From a candidate division FCPU426 bacterium (GTDB lineage: Bacteria > Oederibacteriota > Muellerivitia > Muellerivitales > Muellerivitaceae), in contig CAVRAL010000002.1 in assembly GCA_963719085.1 (NCBI GenBank), forward strand, positions 1 to 64,000: a stretch of DNA of 64,000 bases. Direction: 5' to 3'. The notes beneath the pieces are model-generated. The model was not told the origin of the DNA. It did not search any database and was given only the letters and a program-made list of their open reading frames with translations. The number at the start of each line of letters is the position of its first letter. Within the stretch, counting starts at the first letter, position 1. A program made the translations under genes and the position numbers. This document shows positions 11,613 to 20,775 of this stretch, piece by piece.

Positions 11613-12602
11613 CTACGTTTTGTTAACCGGGGCCGCGATTTTCCAACTGCCGTCCTTTTTGGACAAAACAAAACCCTTCTCCACCTTTTGAACCGGGCCG
11701 CCGCTTTTTTCTTTTTTGGTGAAGGTAAAAAGCACGGTGGCGTTTTCGCCGTTGATGACCATTCCGGTCAATTCCACTTTTAAATCGGCCTGGCTGGGAA
11801 CGTCGGCCATGAATTTTTGATACCAATCGTCCCATTGGGGTTTGCCGGGATAAAGATCATCAAAATAAGAATTCACCCGGATGGTATTGCCCCTCTGAAA
11901 ATCCGCGCCCAGGGCGGCCGTGTAGTTATCCAGTTCGTAAAGGCCCAGCGAAATCCCCCGCTCCCCGATCGGCCGATACCAATGGGTTTTCGACAAACTG
12001 GCCTGAAGCGTTTCCAACAACTTTTTTCCCTTCGAGCTGTCCGCGGTTGACTGATCCAGCGTAACGTGGACCCAGATGAGAAGATCGTCCCGGCGCAAAA
12101 CCCATTCCTGATCCAACCAGCCTTCTTTGGATTTATCCGCGAGCTTGTAATTTTGGACGTCCCATTCCGCCGAAGGGTCCGGGGTGGCGATTTTATTCGA
12201 GGCGCCTTTTTTCACCAGATCCAGCTGGCGGTCCTTGAATTGCTGTTGGCATTGGGAATCCCAATCCTTATCGGAAAAATCCTGGGATGGATCCACTAAA
12301 TGAACCGTCACCCGGGCGATAAGAAACTGGCCGGGATCGGAAAAGCGGGCCACCTCATCGACTTCTTGGTCTTCGGAAAGACGCAAGAGGCTCCAATGGG
12401 CGGGAACCGGAATGGCGAAGCCATAATCGGTCTGGAGAAACTCCCCGTTCACCAGCCCGCTGTCCGAAACCGGAGGCAGCGGCAGTTGGTTGCGCTCCAA
12501 ACCCGGCTTCGAATGGCAACCCACCCCGTTTAAGCCGAAGGTCAGGGCCATCAAAAGAGCGACGCCTCCACGGCGCCAACTTTGGTTTAAGAAATGGATC
12601 AA
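11613..12602 (-). CDS. Putative lipoprotein, hypothetical
   Basis: Basic then hydrophobic N-terminus ending GLNGVGC (lipobox-like). C-terminus FVLSKKDGSWKI resembles NTF2-like domains. Start overlaps the moxR stop. Confidence 0.7.
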   Translation of the reverse strand: MIHFLNQSWRRGGVALLMALTFGLNGVGCHSKPGLERNQLPLPPVSDSGLVNGEFLQTDYGFAIPVPAHWSLLRLSEDQEVDEVARFSDPGQFLIARVTVHLVDPSQDFSDKDWDSQCQQQFKDRQLDLVKKGASNKIATPDPSAEWDVQNYKLADKSKEGWLDQEWVLRRDDLLIWVHVTLDQSTADSSKGKKLLETLQASLSKTHWYRPIGERGISLGLYELDNYTAALGADFQRGNTIRVNSYFDDLYPGKPQWDDWYQKFMADVPSQADLKVELTGMVINGENATVLFTFTKKEKSGGPVQKVEKGFVLSKKDGSWKIAAPVNKT

Positions 12603-13588
12603 GGAACCGGAACCTTATTTAGGATTTGGGCGATCAACTCGTCCGCCTTCACGTTTTGGGCCTCCGCCTCGTAAGTCAGGATCAAGCGGTGCCGCATCAC
12701 ATCCCCCGCCAAGGCTTTCACATCCTCGGGCGAGGCGTAGCCCCGTCCATCCAAAAAGGCCCGGGCTTTGGAAGCCGTCGTGAGGCCCAAAGAAGCCCGG
12801 GGGCTGGCCCCATATTCAATCATCGGAACCAGTGAATCAAGCTTATAGTCCTTCGGGGAACGGGTGGCGGCCACCAGGCTCACGATATATTCCTTCAGCG
12901 TCTCGCTGACATAAACGCCCTCCGCCGCCTTCTGGGCCTTGAGGATCGCCGAAGCCGAAAGCGCTTCCTTGACCTCCACTTCAACACCCTCGGTCATCCG
13001 GGTGATGATTTCTTTTTCTTCCTCGGCGGTCGGGTAACTCACGCCGATCTTCATGAGAAAACGGTCGACCTGGGCTTCCGGCAAAGGATAGGTTCCCTCG
13101 TGCTCAATCGGGTTCTGGGTCGCCATCACGAAAAAGGGCTCTTCCAACTTGAACGTTTCCGGCCCAATGGTCACCTGGTGTTCCTGCATGGCCTCCAGAA
13201 GCGCGGACTGGACTTTCGCGGGAGCCCGGTTAATTTCATCGGCCAAAATCAGATTGGCGAAAACCGGCCCCTTCTGGGTTTTGAAATCGCCTTTGGCGGG
13301 GTTATAAATCCGGGTGCCTAAAAGGTCCGCCGGCAAAAGATCGGGCGTGAACTGGATGCGGCTGAAGGAAACCCCCAAAACTTCCGCCAGGGTCTTAACC
13401 GCCAGGGTTTTGGCCAAACCGGGAAGGCCTTCCAAAAGCAGATGGCCCCGGGCCAAAAGGCCCAGCAGCAGCCTTTCGATCAAATCCTCCTGCCCCACGA
13501 TGACTTTTTTCACCTCACCCCGGGCCTTTTGAAACTGCTCGCTTAAACGCAGGCCTTCCTGGGTCAATTCTTCATTGGATGTCGCCAT
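12599..13588 (-). CDS. moxR: MoxR-family AAA+ ATPase
   Basis: HLLLEGLPGLAKT, RIQFTPDLLPAD, ADEINRAPAKVQSALLEAMQE, ATQNPIEHEGTYPLPEAQVDRF, GASPRA. Confidence 0.96.
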   Translation of the reverse strand: MATSNEELTQEGLRLSEQFQKARGEVKKVIVGQEDLIERLLLGLLARGHLLLEGLPGLAKTLAVKTLAEVLGVSFSRIQFTPDLLPADLLGTRIYNPAKGDFKTQKGPVFANLILADEINRAPAKVQSALLEAMQEHQVTIGPETFKLEEPFFVMATQNPIEHEGTYPLPEAQVDRFLMKIGVSYPTAEEEKEIITRMTEGVEVEVKEALSASAILKAQKAAEGVYVSETLKEYIVSLVAATRSPKDYKLDSLVPMIEYGASPRASLGLTTASKARAFLDGRGYASPEDVKALAGDVMRHRLILTYEAEAQNVKADELIAQILNKVPVP

Positions 13589-13611
13589 AGCCGTCTCCTT
13601 GATTTTTAAAG

Positions 13612-14619
13612 TTACTTCTTTTTAGACGCCTTCGGCGCCAGGGTGGCCGCCCAAGTTTTTAAGTTATCCTTCGATCCCAGGTTTCCTTCCGCGTAAATCA
13701 CGCGGTCGCAAACCCGCAGGCACTTTTCGGCCGCTTCCCGGACTTCCTCGGAAGCTTTCGCCTGCCGTAAGGCCTTTAAGATTTCCCCCGTCGTGTAATC
13801 CACCGCCGTGAAGCCAAACCGTTCTTGAAGGCATTCCCGGATCCAAATGGATAATTTCAGGCAAAAGGCTTTCGTGTCCAAATCCTCGTTGAACAACTTT
13901 TTCAATGAGTCTTTCCACCGGTCCTCGTCCATACCCGCCGCCGCCCCCTGCGTCCGGGGGGCGCTCCTCATCCGAAGCCTGAAAATCAACCCTACGATTA
14001 AAATCACCAACAAGAAAAGGATCAGCCATTTAAAAACGCCGAAAGACTCGGGCAAAAGCGGCTTCACATCCCTCAACCCGTCCGGCGAGGGGGCCGCCGT
14101 CGGCACTGCCGTCGCCGGCGAGGCCGGCGCGGCGCTATGGCCGAAGAGGGAAAAAGGCGTCTTCGCGGTGACCGTCACTAAAACCCCGTTGGATTGGATC
14201 TCCCTTTTTCCTAATTTAGGGTCCTGGTAAATCAAGCTGGCGGGGCCCAAGGTTTCCTGGCCTTCTTTGCGGGCCACCAAGGTAATTTTCGTGTCCGAGA
14301 CCTGGTAAATTTGCCCGTTGTTCTCAATGACCTGGGTCGAGGACGAGGAGGAACTGATGTCAAAATTTTCCGGCGTGGGGACCGAAGGGCCCTGGATCTC
14401 CATCCCATTGCCGCTTCCGATTTGTTTGAACTCCACCGTCAGGGTCAGGCTGTCCCCCACCGCGACCTGCCGTTTGTCCACGTCCAAACGCAAGCCCATT
14501 TGATCCGAGGAAGCGTCATCGGCCCACGCCGGGCAAAATCCCAAACCCAATAACAGGGCCAAAAGGTAAAAACTCCATCCCCATTTTTTGAGTTCTTTCA
14601 GCCAATATTTCGTTTTCAC
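13612..14619 (-). CDS. BatD-like protein with signal peptide and single transmembrane segment
   Basis: VDKRQVAVGDSLTLTV, FDISSSSSSTQV..NG, DVKP before a TM helix, LQERFGF....TTGEIL; position in the Bat-like operon. Confidence 0.75.
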   Translation of the reverse strand: MKTKYWLKELKKWGWSFYLLALLLGLGFCPAWADDASSDQMGLRLDVDKRQVAVGDSLTLTVEFKQIGSGNGMEIQGPSVPTPENFDISSSSSSTQVIENNGQIYQVSDTKITLVARKEGQETLGPASLIYQDPKLGKREIQSNGVLVTVTAKTPFSLFGHSAAPASPATAVPTAAPSPDGLRDVKPLLPESFGVFKWLILFLLVILIVGLIFRLRMRSAPRTQGAAAGMDEDRWKDSLKKLFNEDLDTKAFCLKLSIWIRECLQERFGFTAVDYTTGEILKALRQAKASEEVREAAEKCLRVCDRVIYAEGNLGSKDNLKTWAATLAPKASKKK

Positions 14620-15563
14620 CAGTCTTCCTCCGGTTCGTTTTTACCGTCTTGAACTTTATGTCCCATCAACTGCTCCATCAATGCCCGTTGTTCCTTGGGA
14701 ATCAAATTCAACATCGGGTCGTTGTTTTGCTGGTCCTGTTTGGGATTCAACGAAAAATATTGCTGGGTCTGGTGTTCCTGCTTTTGCATTTTTTCCAGCA
14801 AAGCCTGTACCTGGCCGTCGCTTAACCCCAATTCTTTCTTGGCCCGCGCTTGGCGTTGTTGATCCTCGGACGGCTGGGAAGCGGGATTGGATCCCGGTTG
14901 ATTTTGCGCGTCCTTAGGCGGGGAGCCTGGAGCGTTTGAAGGTGATCCGCTCTTCGACGGCTGGTTCCCCTGGTTTTGCTGGGGAGTTCCCGCCGATGGC
15001 TGATTTTGCCCCGGTTGATTTTGCGCGGAATCCGAAGAATCAGGGGATTTTTTTTGATTTTTGTTTTTGGCCTCTTTGTTTTTATCTTTTTCTTTTTTGT
15101 TTTTCGGCTGGGTCTTCAGTTTTTCCTGGGCCAATTGAAGGTTATGCTTGGCGTCCTCATCCCCCGATTTTAAGGCCAAGGCCTTTTGATAGGCGTCCAC
15201 CGCGTCCTGGTATTCCTGTTGTTGAAAAAGACTGTTTCCTAAATTGTACCAACCGGGTTCCAAGTTCGGGTTTTGTTGAAGCGCCTTTTCATAAGCCTGG
15301 GCCGCGTCCTCATATTGGCCGAGGCGGTAAAGGCTGTTGCCCAAGGCGTAGGCATCGTCCGCGTCCGCGGGGTTGTTTTGAAGTTTTTGCTGGAACAGTT
15401 CCTTGGCTTGCTCATAGTTCTGATGGTCATAGGCTTTTCGGCCGGGTGATAAGGTAAACCCGTCCGCGAAAGCCCGCGCTCCAACGATGAAAAGCGCCAG
15501 GACCGCGCCCAAGAAAAAAATTATCTTCCTCAATTTTAAAAAACGTCCCATTTCATTCCTCAT
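14616..15563 (-). CDS. BatC-like TPR protein with Gln/Pro-rich linker
   Basis: YALGNSLYRLGQYEDA, YNLGNSLF, DEDAKHNLQLA, terminal EEDW; ATGA overlap with the upstream stop. Confidence 0.85.
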   Translation of the reverse strand: MRNEMGRFLKLRKIIFFLGAVLALFIVGARAFADGFTLSPGRKAYDHQNYEQAKELFQQKLQNNPADADDAYALGNSLYRLGQYEDAAQAYEKALQQNPNLEPGWYNLGNSLFQQQEYQDAVDAYQKALALKSGDEDAKHNLQLAQEKLKTQPKNKKEKDKNKEAKNKNQKKSPDSSDSAQNQPGQNQPSAGTPQQNQGNQPSKSGSPSNAPGSPPKDAQNQPGSNPASQPSEDQQRQARAKKELGLSDGQVQALLEKMQKQEHQTQQYFSLNPKQDQQNNDPMLNLIPKEQRALMEQLMGHKVQDGKNEPEEDW

Positions 15564-16543
15564 AAAATCGTCGCCAGGATCAGGCTGCCGGCCGTGCCCA
15601 ATGCCCAAAGGGGAAACAATTCTTCCCGCCGCATCACGCCTTTATCCTGGATGTCGGTTTGGGCCAACCGGCCCACCGTTTTCTGGATATCCGAAAGCCC
15701 CGCCGCGCTGTCGCCATGCAGAAAAACGCCGCCGGTCGTCTCGGCAATTTTTTGAAGGCTCGCCTCGTCCAATTGGCTGATATGGACCTGTCCGGCGCGG
15801 TTCTTTTTATAGAGGGGCTCGCCCCAAAAGGAAACCCCGTCCGGTATGGGCTGGCCTTGCCGGGTCCCCATCCCTACCGTCACAATCGGGACCTTTTGGC
15901 TGACGGCCGCTTGCAGGGCCGAGTCAATATTCGAAGCGCCATCCGTGGTTTCCCCGTCGGTCAAAAGTAAAATCGCCTTGCCCCGCTTGGAATCCGCCGG
16001 GAAGGCGGATAGGGCTGTCTGGATTCCCGATCCGATATCGGTCCCCCCCAGCTCAATCGTATCCGTGTCCGCTTTATCTAAAATTTGGGACACCGTGTCC
16101 AAATCCAAGGTCAAGGGCACCTGGACCAGGGCCTGCCCGGCGAAAACCACCAACCCCACCCGGTCGCCTTGAAGATTCCCCAACCAATCGTCCAAGGCTT
16201 TTTTAGCGGCTTCCAACCGGTTCGGAGGCACGTCCTGGGTCATCATGCTCTTGGAGACGTCGAGCACCACCACAATGTCGCTGCCGCGCTGGCTCAAATC
16301 CTGCGGAATCAGTTTCCCCTGCATCCGGGCCGCGCCCACACCGGCCGCGAAAAGCCCCAGCAAAAGCAGGGAACCTTTTAATATCCGCCGACCCCAAGCC
16401 AGTGAAGGGGAAAGCACCAGGTTTTGGTGGCCCAATTGTTCCAAGTCCCCGCGGTCCTGCCAAAAGCCATAAAGCATCCAAGCCGCCCAAATAAAAAACA
16501 ATCCTCCCAGGGGCCAAAGCCAAGCCGCGTTCGCGAAGTTCAT
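15560..16543 (-). CDS. BatB-like vWA domain membrane protein
   Basis: MIDAS DVSKSM, PNRLEAAK, GDRVGLVVFAG, VPLTLD, LLTDGE. Confidence 0.9.
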   Translation of the reverse strand: MNFANAAWLWPLGGLFFIWAAWMLYGFWQDRGDLEQLGHQNLVLSPSLAWGRRILKGSLLLLGLFAAGVGAARMQGKLIPQDLSQRGSDIVVVLDVSKSMMTQDVPPNRLEAAKKALDDWLGNLQGDRVGLVVFAGQALVQVPLTLDLDTVSQILDKADTDTIELGGTDIGSGIQTALSAFPADSKRGKAILLLTDGETTDGASNIDSALQAAVSQKVPIVTVGMGTRQGQPIPDGVSFWGEPLYKKNRAGQVHISQLDEASLQKIAETTGGVFLHGDSAAGLSDIQKTVGRLAQTDIQDKGVMRREELFPLWALGTAGSLILATIL

Positions 16544-16553
16544 GCTGGTTCCC

Positions 16554-17666
16554 TCACGGCAATGTCCGAAGAACGGTCAGTCCCAAAACCATGTCCAAAG
16601 CCAAAATTAAAAAAGCCGCCAGTAAAAAATAGGCGCCCAACTCGTTGTATTCCCAATCCGTGACCGTCACCGCCTCCCGCTTTTCCAGTTTGGCGATCTC
16701 GTCCAAAACCCTTTGCAGCGAGGAATTGTCCGAGGCGTTATAGGCGATGCCGCCCGTGATTTGGGCGATGGCCCGTAAAGCCACCATGTTCACCGGATCT
16801 TCCCGGGCGATTTCACCCGTCCGCGGGTCCACCGCGTATTGGGTATGGCCTTGCGCGTCCTTAAAAATCGCCAGGGTGGGCTCCGTGCTCCCGACGCCGA
16901 TGGCGTAAATTTTGACGCCCTGACGGGCCGCCAATTTCGCCGCCGTCAAAGGATCCACCGTGCTGGCGTTATCACCCCCGTCGGTCAAAAGAATGATGGC
17001 CTGATGGTTGTTGGGTTCGGCGGAGGCGCCTTCATTTGAGCCTGTCATTTTGGAAAGCAGCGAGTGCCCGGAATCTTGGTCCGCGCCATTTTGACCAGCG
17101 CCTTTTTGAAGCCGGTTCAGACAAGCGATTAAGGCGTCCCCGATGGCCGTTCCATCCACCCTCACCGATCCCACTTCCACGTTTTGAAGCAGGGTCTTAA
17201 CGACCTGGGTGTCGGTGGTCATGGGGCATTGGGTAAAGGGCAGACGGGCAAAAACCTCGATGCCCACCCGGACGTTTTGAACCTTGTCCAAAAACTCGCT
17301 CAGAAATTTTTTGGCCGCTTCCACGCGATCGGGTTTTAAATCCTGGGTGATCATGGACCCGGAAACGTCAAAGGCCACAAAAAGGTCGGTGACCGGTTTT
17401 TTTTCCTCCACTTTTTTGTGGCCCGATTGGGGCCGGGCCGCCGCCACCAGGCAAAGGGCGAGAACCAAGATCCGCAAGACCCAGGGAAAGGCGAAAGCCG
17501 AAAAAGCGCCGGACGCCGCGCCTACCAGGCGGACGTTGCCTAAAAACAAAGTCGAGCGCTTGGAACGGGCCGCCCAAATGAAAAAAAAGGGGAGCAAGGG
17601 AAGCGCCGCCAGGCCCCAGAGCCAGCCGGGATTGGCGAAATGCATCACGGAAGGATCGGGATTCAA
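16554..17666 (-). CDS. BatA-like vWA domain membrane protein
   Basis: FANPGWLW N-terminus, ARPQ, MIDAS DVSGSM, GTAIGDAL, ILLTDG, KIYAIGVG. Confidence 0.9.
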   Translation of the reverse strand: MNPDPSVMHFANPGWLWGLAALPLLPFFFIWAARSKRSTLFLGNVRLVGAASGAFSAFAFPWVLRILVLALCLVAAARPQSGHKKVEEKKPVTDLFVAFDVSGSMITQDLKPDRVEAAKKFLSEFLDKVQNVRVGIEVFARLPFTQCPMTTDTQVVKTLLQNVEVGSVRVDGTAIGDALIACLNRLQKGAGQNGADQDSGHSLLSKMTGSNEGASAEPNNHQAIILLTDGGDNASTVDPLTAAKLAARQGVKIYAIGVGSTEPTLAIFKDAQGHTQYAVDPRTGEIAREDPVNMVALRAIAQITGGIAYNASDNSSLQRVLDEIAKLEKREAVTVTDWEYNELGAYFLLAAFLILALDMVLGLTVLRTLP

Positions 17667-18544
17667 CGCCGCCCCATCCGTTCCAACCGCTTCCGGAAAA
17701 AGCCGATCAAGGGAGTCACCACGTTTTGTCCGGCCTGGATCTCAATGCGGTCCGCGCCCTTGAGCGTCAAAAGACGCAATTGCTGTTCGCGAAAACGCTT
17801 GGCTTCCTGGGAAGCCTTATTCGACCCGGGCGAAAGAAAGCCGACCTTGCCGGTCTCCGGATCGCGGACCGCCACCCGGGCGGGAATCTTGAAATCTTTT
17901 TCAAGCGGATCTTCCAGAACCGCCGCCACCAGGTCGTGCCGCTTGGCCAAAACGCCGGCGGCCGCGGGGGGAATGGGATCGGTGAAATCGGAGACCAAAA
18001 GCACCACACTGCGGCGTTTGAGCACGCCGTTCAAAAGGCGCAGGGCGGGCGCGAAATCGGTTTTGCGGCCCACGGGCTTAAAACCCACCAGTTCCCTTAA
18101 AACCCTCAGGGCTCCGGCTTTTCCCCGGCGGGGGGGGATAAAATATTCCACCCGGTCGGTGAAGATGAGAAGTCCCACCCGGTCCTGGTGCTGGACCGCC
18201 GCGAAGGCCAGGACCGCGCAAAGCCGAAGCGCGGTTTCCCTTTTGCTGGTCTTCCCGGTCCCGTACCAGAGGGACGCCGACAGGTCGACCGCCAGGATCA
18301 TTTGAAGCTCGCGCTCTTCCACGAAGGTCTTCACATAGGGGCTGTTGAGGCGGGCCGTGACGTTCCAATCGATGGTTCGATGGTCGTCTTCCGGGCTGTA
18401 TTCGCGCACCTGCTGAAATTCCAAGCCTTGACCGCGGAAGGTGCTTCGATAGAAGCCCCGTAACAGGGTTTCCACCGCTCCCCGGGTCACAATCTCGAGC
18501 CGGTGAACTTCCTTCAATAGGGAAAGCGAGTCCTGGGTTTTCAT
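17663..18544 (-). CDS. DUF58 domain protein (MoxR-associated)
   Basis: FRGQGLEFQQVREYSPEDDHRTIDWNVTAR, FVEERE, VSDF. Confidence 0.95.
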   Translation of the reverse strand: MKTQDSLSLLKEVHRLEIVTRGAVETLLRGFYRSTFRGQGLEFQQVREYSPEDDHRTIDWNVTARLNSPYVKTFVEERELQMILAVDLSASLWYGTGKTSKRETALRLCAVLAFAAVQHQDRVGLLIFTDRVEYFIPPRRGKAGALRVLRELVGFKPVGRKTDFAPALRLLNGVLKRRSVVLLVSDFTDPIPPAAAGVLAKRHDLVAAVLEDPLEKDFKIPARVAVRDPETGKVGFLSPGSNKASQEAKRFREQQLRLLTLKGADRIEIQAGQNVVTPLIGFFRKRLERMGRR

Positions 18545-18561
18545 CGGTATTTAGACGGTTA

Positions 18562-18897
18562 TCAGGCTTTTTTGGTTTTGCTAAAACGGGCGGGGAGGGT
18601 GGAAAAAAGATAAGAAATCAAAAGGCCCATGGCGATAAAAATGGCGAAATTGATTAAAAGCGCCTTGACCGAATCCAACCCGTAATGGTCCTCGATCGCG
18701 TTATAAAGAAACCACAAGCCCGCCACCAAGGGACCCACCAGCGCGATCACGGCCACTTGAACCCCGAAAATTTTCCGCTTGGTTTTGACGATCTTGGATT
18801 TCCAGAGGAGGCCAAACCCCAGGGAGCCCAAGGTGATGAGCGCGGCCAAAATCAAAACGATCACTTGGGCCTGGTCTTCGGTGACGAGTTCTTGCAT
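18562..18897 (-). CDS. Small membrane protein (about 3 TM), hypothetical
   Basis: Three hydrophobic segments; codirectional with the operon. Confidence 0.7.
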   Translation of the reverse strand: MQELVTEDQAQVIVLILAALITLGSLGFGLLWKSKIVKTKRKIFGVQVAVIALVGPLVAGLWFLYNAIEDHYGLDSVKALLINFAIFIAMGLLISYLFSTLPARFSKTKKA

Positions 18898-18909
18898 GGC
18901 CGGCCTTGT

Positions 18910-19092
18910 TCAGGAATTAAAAAAAGTGGGGACGGCCCAAAGCAACACCGAGACAAACATGAGGATGGTCCCGAACAACATGGTCAAGGCCCAATAGGTG
19001 TCTTGAGGCTTGGGCGTGGAATCGGACTTCCAAAGCCCGACATTAAAAAGCACGTAACCTAAAACGATACCCACGATCCATCCTGGAGCCAT
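18910..19092 (-). CDS. Small membrane protein (2 TM), hypothetical
   Basis: 60 aa, two hydrophobic segments, GAGGG RBS upstream. Confidence 0.6.
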   Translation of the reverse strand: MAPGWIVGIVLGYVLFNVGLWKSDSTPKPQDTYWALTMLFGTILMFVSVLLWAVPTFFNS

Positions 19093-19130
19093 TGCGTCCC
19101 TCGCTTAAAAGTTAAAATCAAACGCCAATT

Positions 19131-19205
19131 TTAGCAATGATGGACGCAGATTTTTTCGGAAAGCATATTTCTTTATCGGCGTTTATCAGCATTCATCATT
19201 GCAAA
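19131..19205. repeat. Imperfect intergenic palindrome with 10-nt periodic arm
   Basis: TTAGCAATGATGGACGCAGAT ... TATCGGCGTTTATCAGCATTCATCATTGCAAA. Confidence 0.75.
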
Positions 19206-19213
19206 GAATTAAA

Positions 19214-19477
19214 TCAGTTTTCGTTCGGACAAGGGTCCGGGCTTCCGCAAGCTCCGCAACCAGACTGTGCCGCGTCCGCCGGTTTTTCCGAAACCAACGG
19301 GCTTTTATAATCGTTTTGGTAAAAACCGCTTCCCTTCAAAACAAAACCCACTCCGGCTGAAATGAGCCGCTCAACCTTGGCGCCGCAAGTCGGGCAAGAA
19401 GCCAGGACATTGTCCTTGATGGACTGCCAAACCTCAAAAGTTCCGCATTTTTGGCATCGATAATCGTAATTGGGCAT
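19214..19477 (-). CDS. FmdB-family zinc-ribbon protein (putative regulator)
   Basis: MPNYDYRCQKCG...CPTCG...RLISAGVGFVLKGSGFYQNDY, Cys-rich tail. Confidence 0.92.
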   Translation of the reverse strand: MPNYDYRCQKCGTFEVWQSIKDNVLASCPTCGAKVERLISAGVGFVLKGSGFYQNDYKSPLVSEKPADAAQSGCGACGSPDPCPNEN

Positions 19478-19508
19478 TTCAAAACTCCATCGGGAAGAAT
19501 CGAATTAG

Positions 19509-19537
19509 ATGATAGGGTCAACTTTGGGAGGTGTCAA
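19509..19537 (-). promoter_or_regulatory. Sigma70-type promoter for the fmdB-like gene
   Basis: TTGACA-N17-TATCAT on the minus strand. Confidence 0.7.
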
Positions 19538-19567
19538 CGCCGCCCCTCCCAATACCGAATAGGCACT

Positions 19568-19655
19568 TTTGCAATGATAAATGCGGATAAATGCCGATAG
19601 ATAACCAACAAAAATTTAATCATTTTCATCCGCGTCCGCGCCGCCTTCGCATCCA
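19568..19655. repeat. Second copy of the 10-nt periodic arm, with a degenerate partner arm
   Basis: TTTGCAATGATAAATGCGGATAAATGCCGATA (19568-19599) matches the reverse complement of 19174-19205 at 29/32 positions. Confidence 0.8.
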
Positions 19656-19695
19656 AAATCAAGGAGGGCGACATTGTCCCAAATTGTTTCGGCGG

Positions 19696-20775
19696 CTATT
19701 TCGACGCTTCCGCCGCTTCCTTTTCCATCAAAGCCTGGAATTTTTTCTTGTCGTTGGCTTTGACGTAGGCCTGTTCGGCCGTGATCTTCCCTTCCTCGAT
19801 AAACTTGGCCAAGCATTGGTCCATGGTCTGCATCCCGTTTTTAGCGCTCATCTCGATGAGCGCCTGGATGCCGGACACCTTTCCGGTGCGGATCAGGTTC
19901 GGCAGGCTCTTGTCGCCGGTCAGAATCTCCACGGCCGCGCAGCGCCCCTTGCCGTCTTTGGTCGGGCATAACTGCTGGGCCACAATCCCCTTGGTGCTGG
20001 CCGCCAAAGCGCCCCGCGCTTTGTCCCGCTCATCCGGGGGAAAAACGTTGATGATACGGTCGATGGTCTTGGCCGCCGAATTGGTGTGCAGGGTCCCAAA
20101 AACCAAAACCCCCATCTCGGCGGCGGCGATGGCCAATGAAATGGTCTCATAGTCGCGCATTTCCCCCACCAGGATGATATCCGGATCCTGGCGCATGGAG
20201 GAGCGAAGGGCGGCTTTAAAAGAATGGGTATCGCGGTGGACTTCCCGCTGGGTGATTTTGCACCGTTTGACCGGATGCACGAACTCGATCGGATCCTCAA
20301 TCGTGAGGATGTTGGCTTCCCGGTTGGTATTGATGTCATCGATCATGCCGGCCAAGGTGGTGCTTTTACCGCTTCCCGTGGGACCAGTCACCAAAATGAG
20401 GCCCCGCCGGACCTTGCACAAGGTCTTCAAAACCGGCGGCATCCCCAAATCATCCAGGGTCAATATCTTGGCCGGAATGGTCCGGAAAACCGCGGCCATT
20501 CCCTGTTGGTTAAAAAACACGTTGGCGCGAAAACGCGCCAAATTCGGCACCTCGTAGGCGTAATCGTAATCATGCCGGGCCCAGGCAATTTCCCATTGTT
20601 CCGGCGTCATGGTCTCATAGACCAAAACATGCATCACTTGTTCGGTAATGACCCAATCGGCTAAAGGTACCAATTCCCCCTTGGCCCGGATGAGCGGCGG
20701 ATTGCCGATGGTCAAATGCATATCGGAAGCCTTGCGTTCCACCATGGTTTTGAATAGTTCGTCGATGGTCGCCAT
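19696..20775 (-). CDS. pilT: PilT/PilU-family type IV pilus retraction ATPase
   Basis: ASDMHL, GLILVTGPTGSGKSTTLA, TIEDPIEFVH, RQDPDIILVGEMRD, GTLHTNSA. Confidence 0.92.
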   Translation of the reverse strand: MATIDELFKTMVERKASDMHLTIGNPPLIRAKGELVPLADWVITEQVMHVLVYETMTPEQWEIAWARHDYDYAYEVPNLARFRANVFFNQQGMAAVFRTIPAKILTLDDLGMPPVLKTLCKVRRGLILVTGPTGSGKSTTLAGMIDDINTNREANILTIEDPIEFVHPVKRCKITQREVHRDTHSFKAALRSSMRQDPDIILVGEMRDYETISLAIAAAEMGVLVFGTLHTNSAAKTIDRIINVFPPDERDKARGALAASTKGIVAQQLCPTKDGKGRCAAVEILTGDKSLPNLIRTGKVSGIQALIEMSAKNGMQTMDQCLAKFIEEGKITAEQAYVKANDKKKFQALMEKEAAEASK

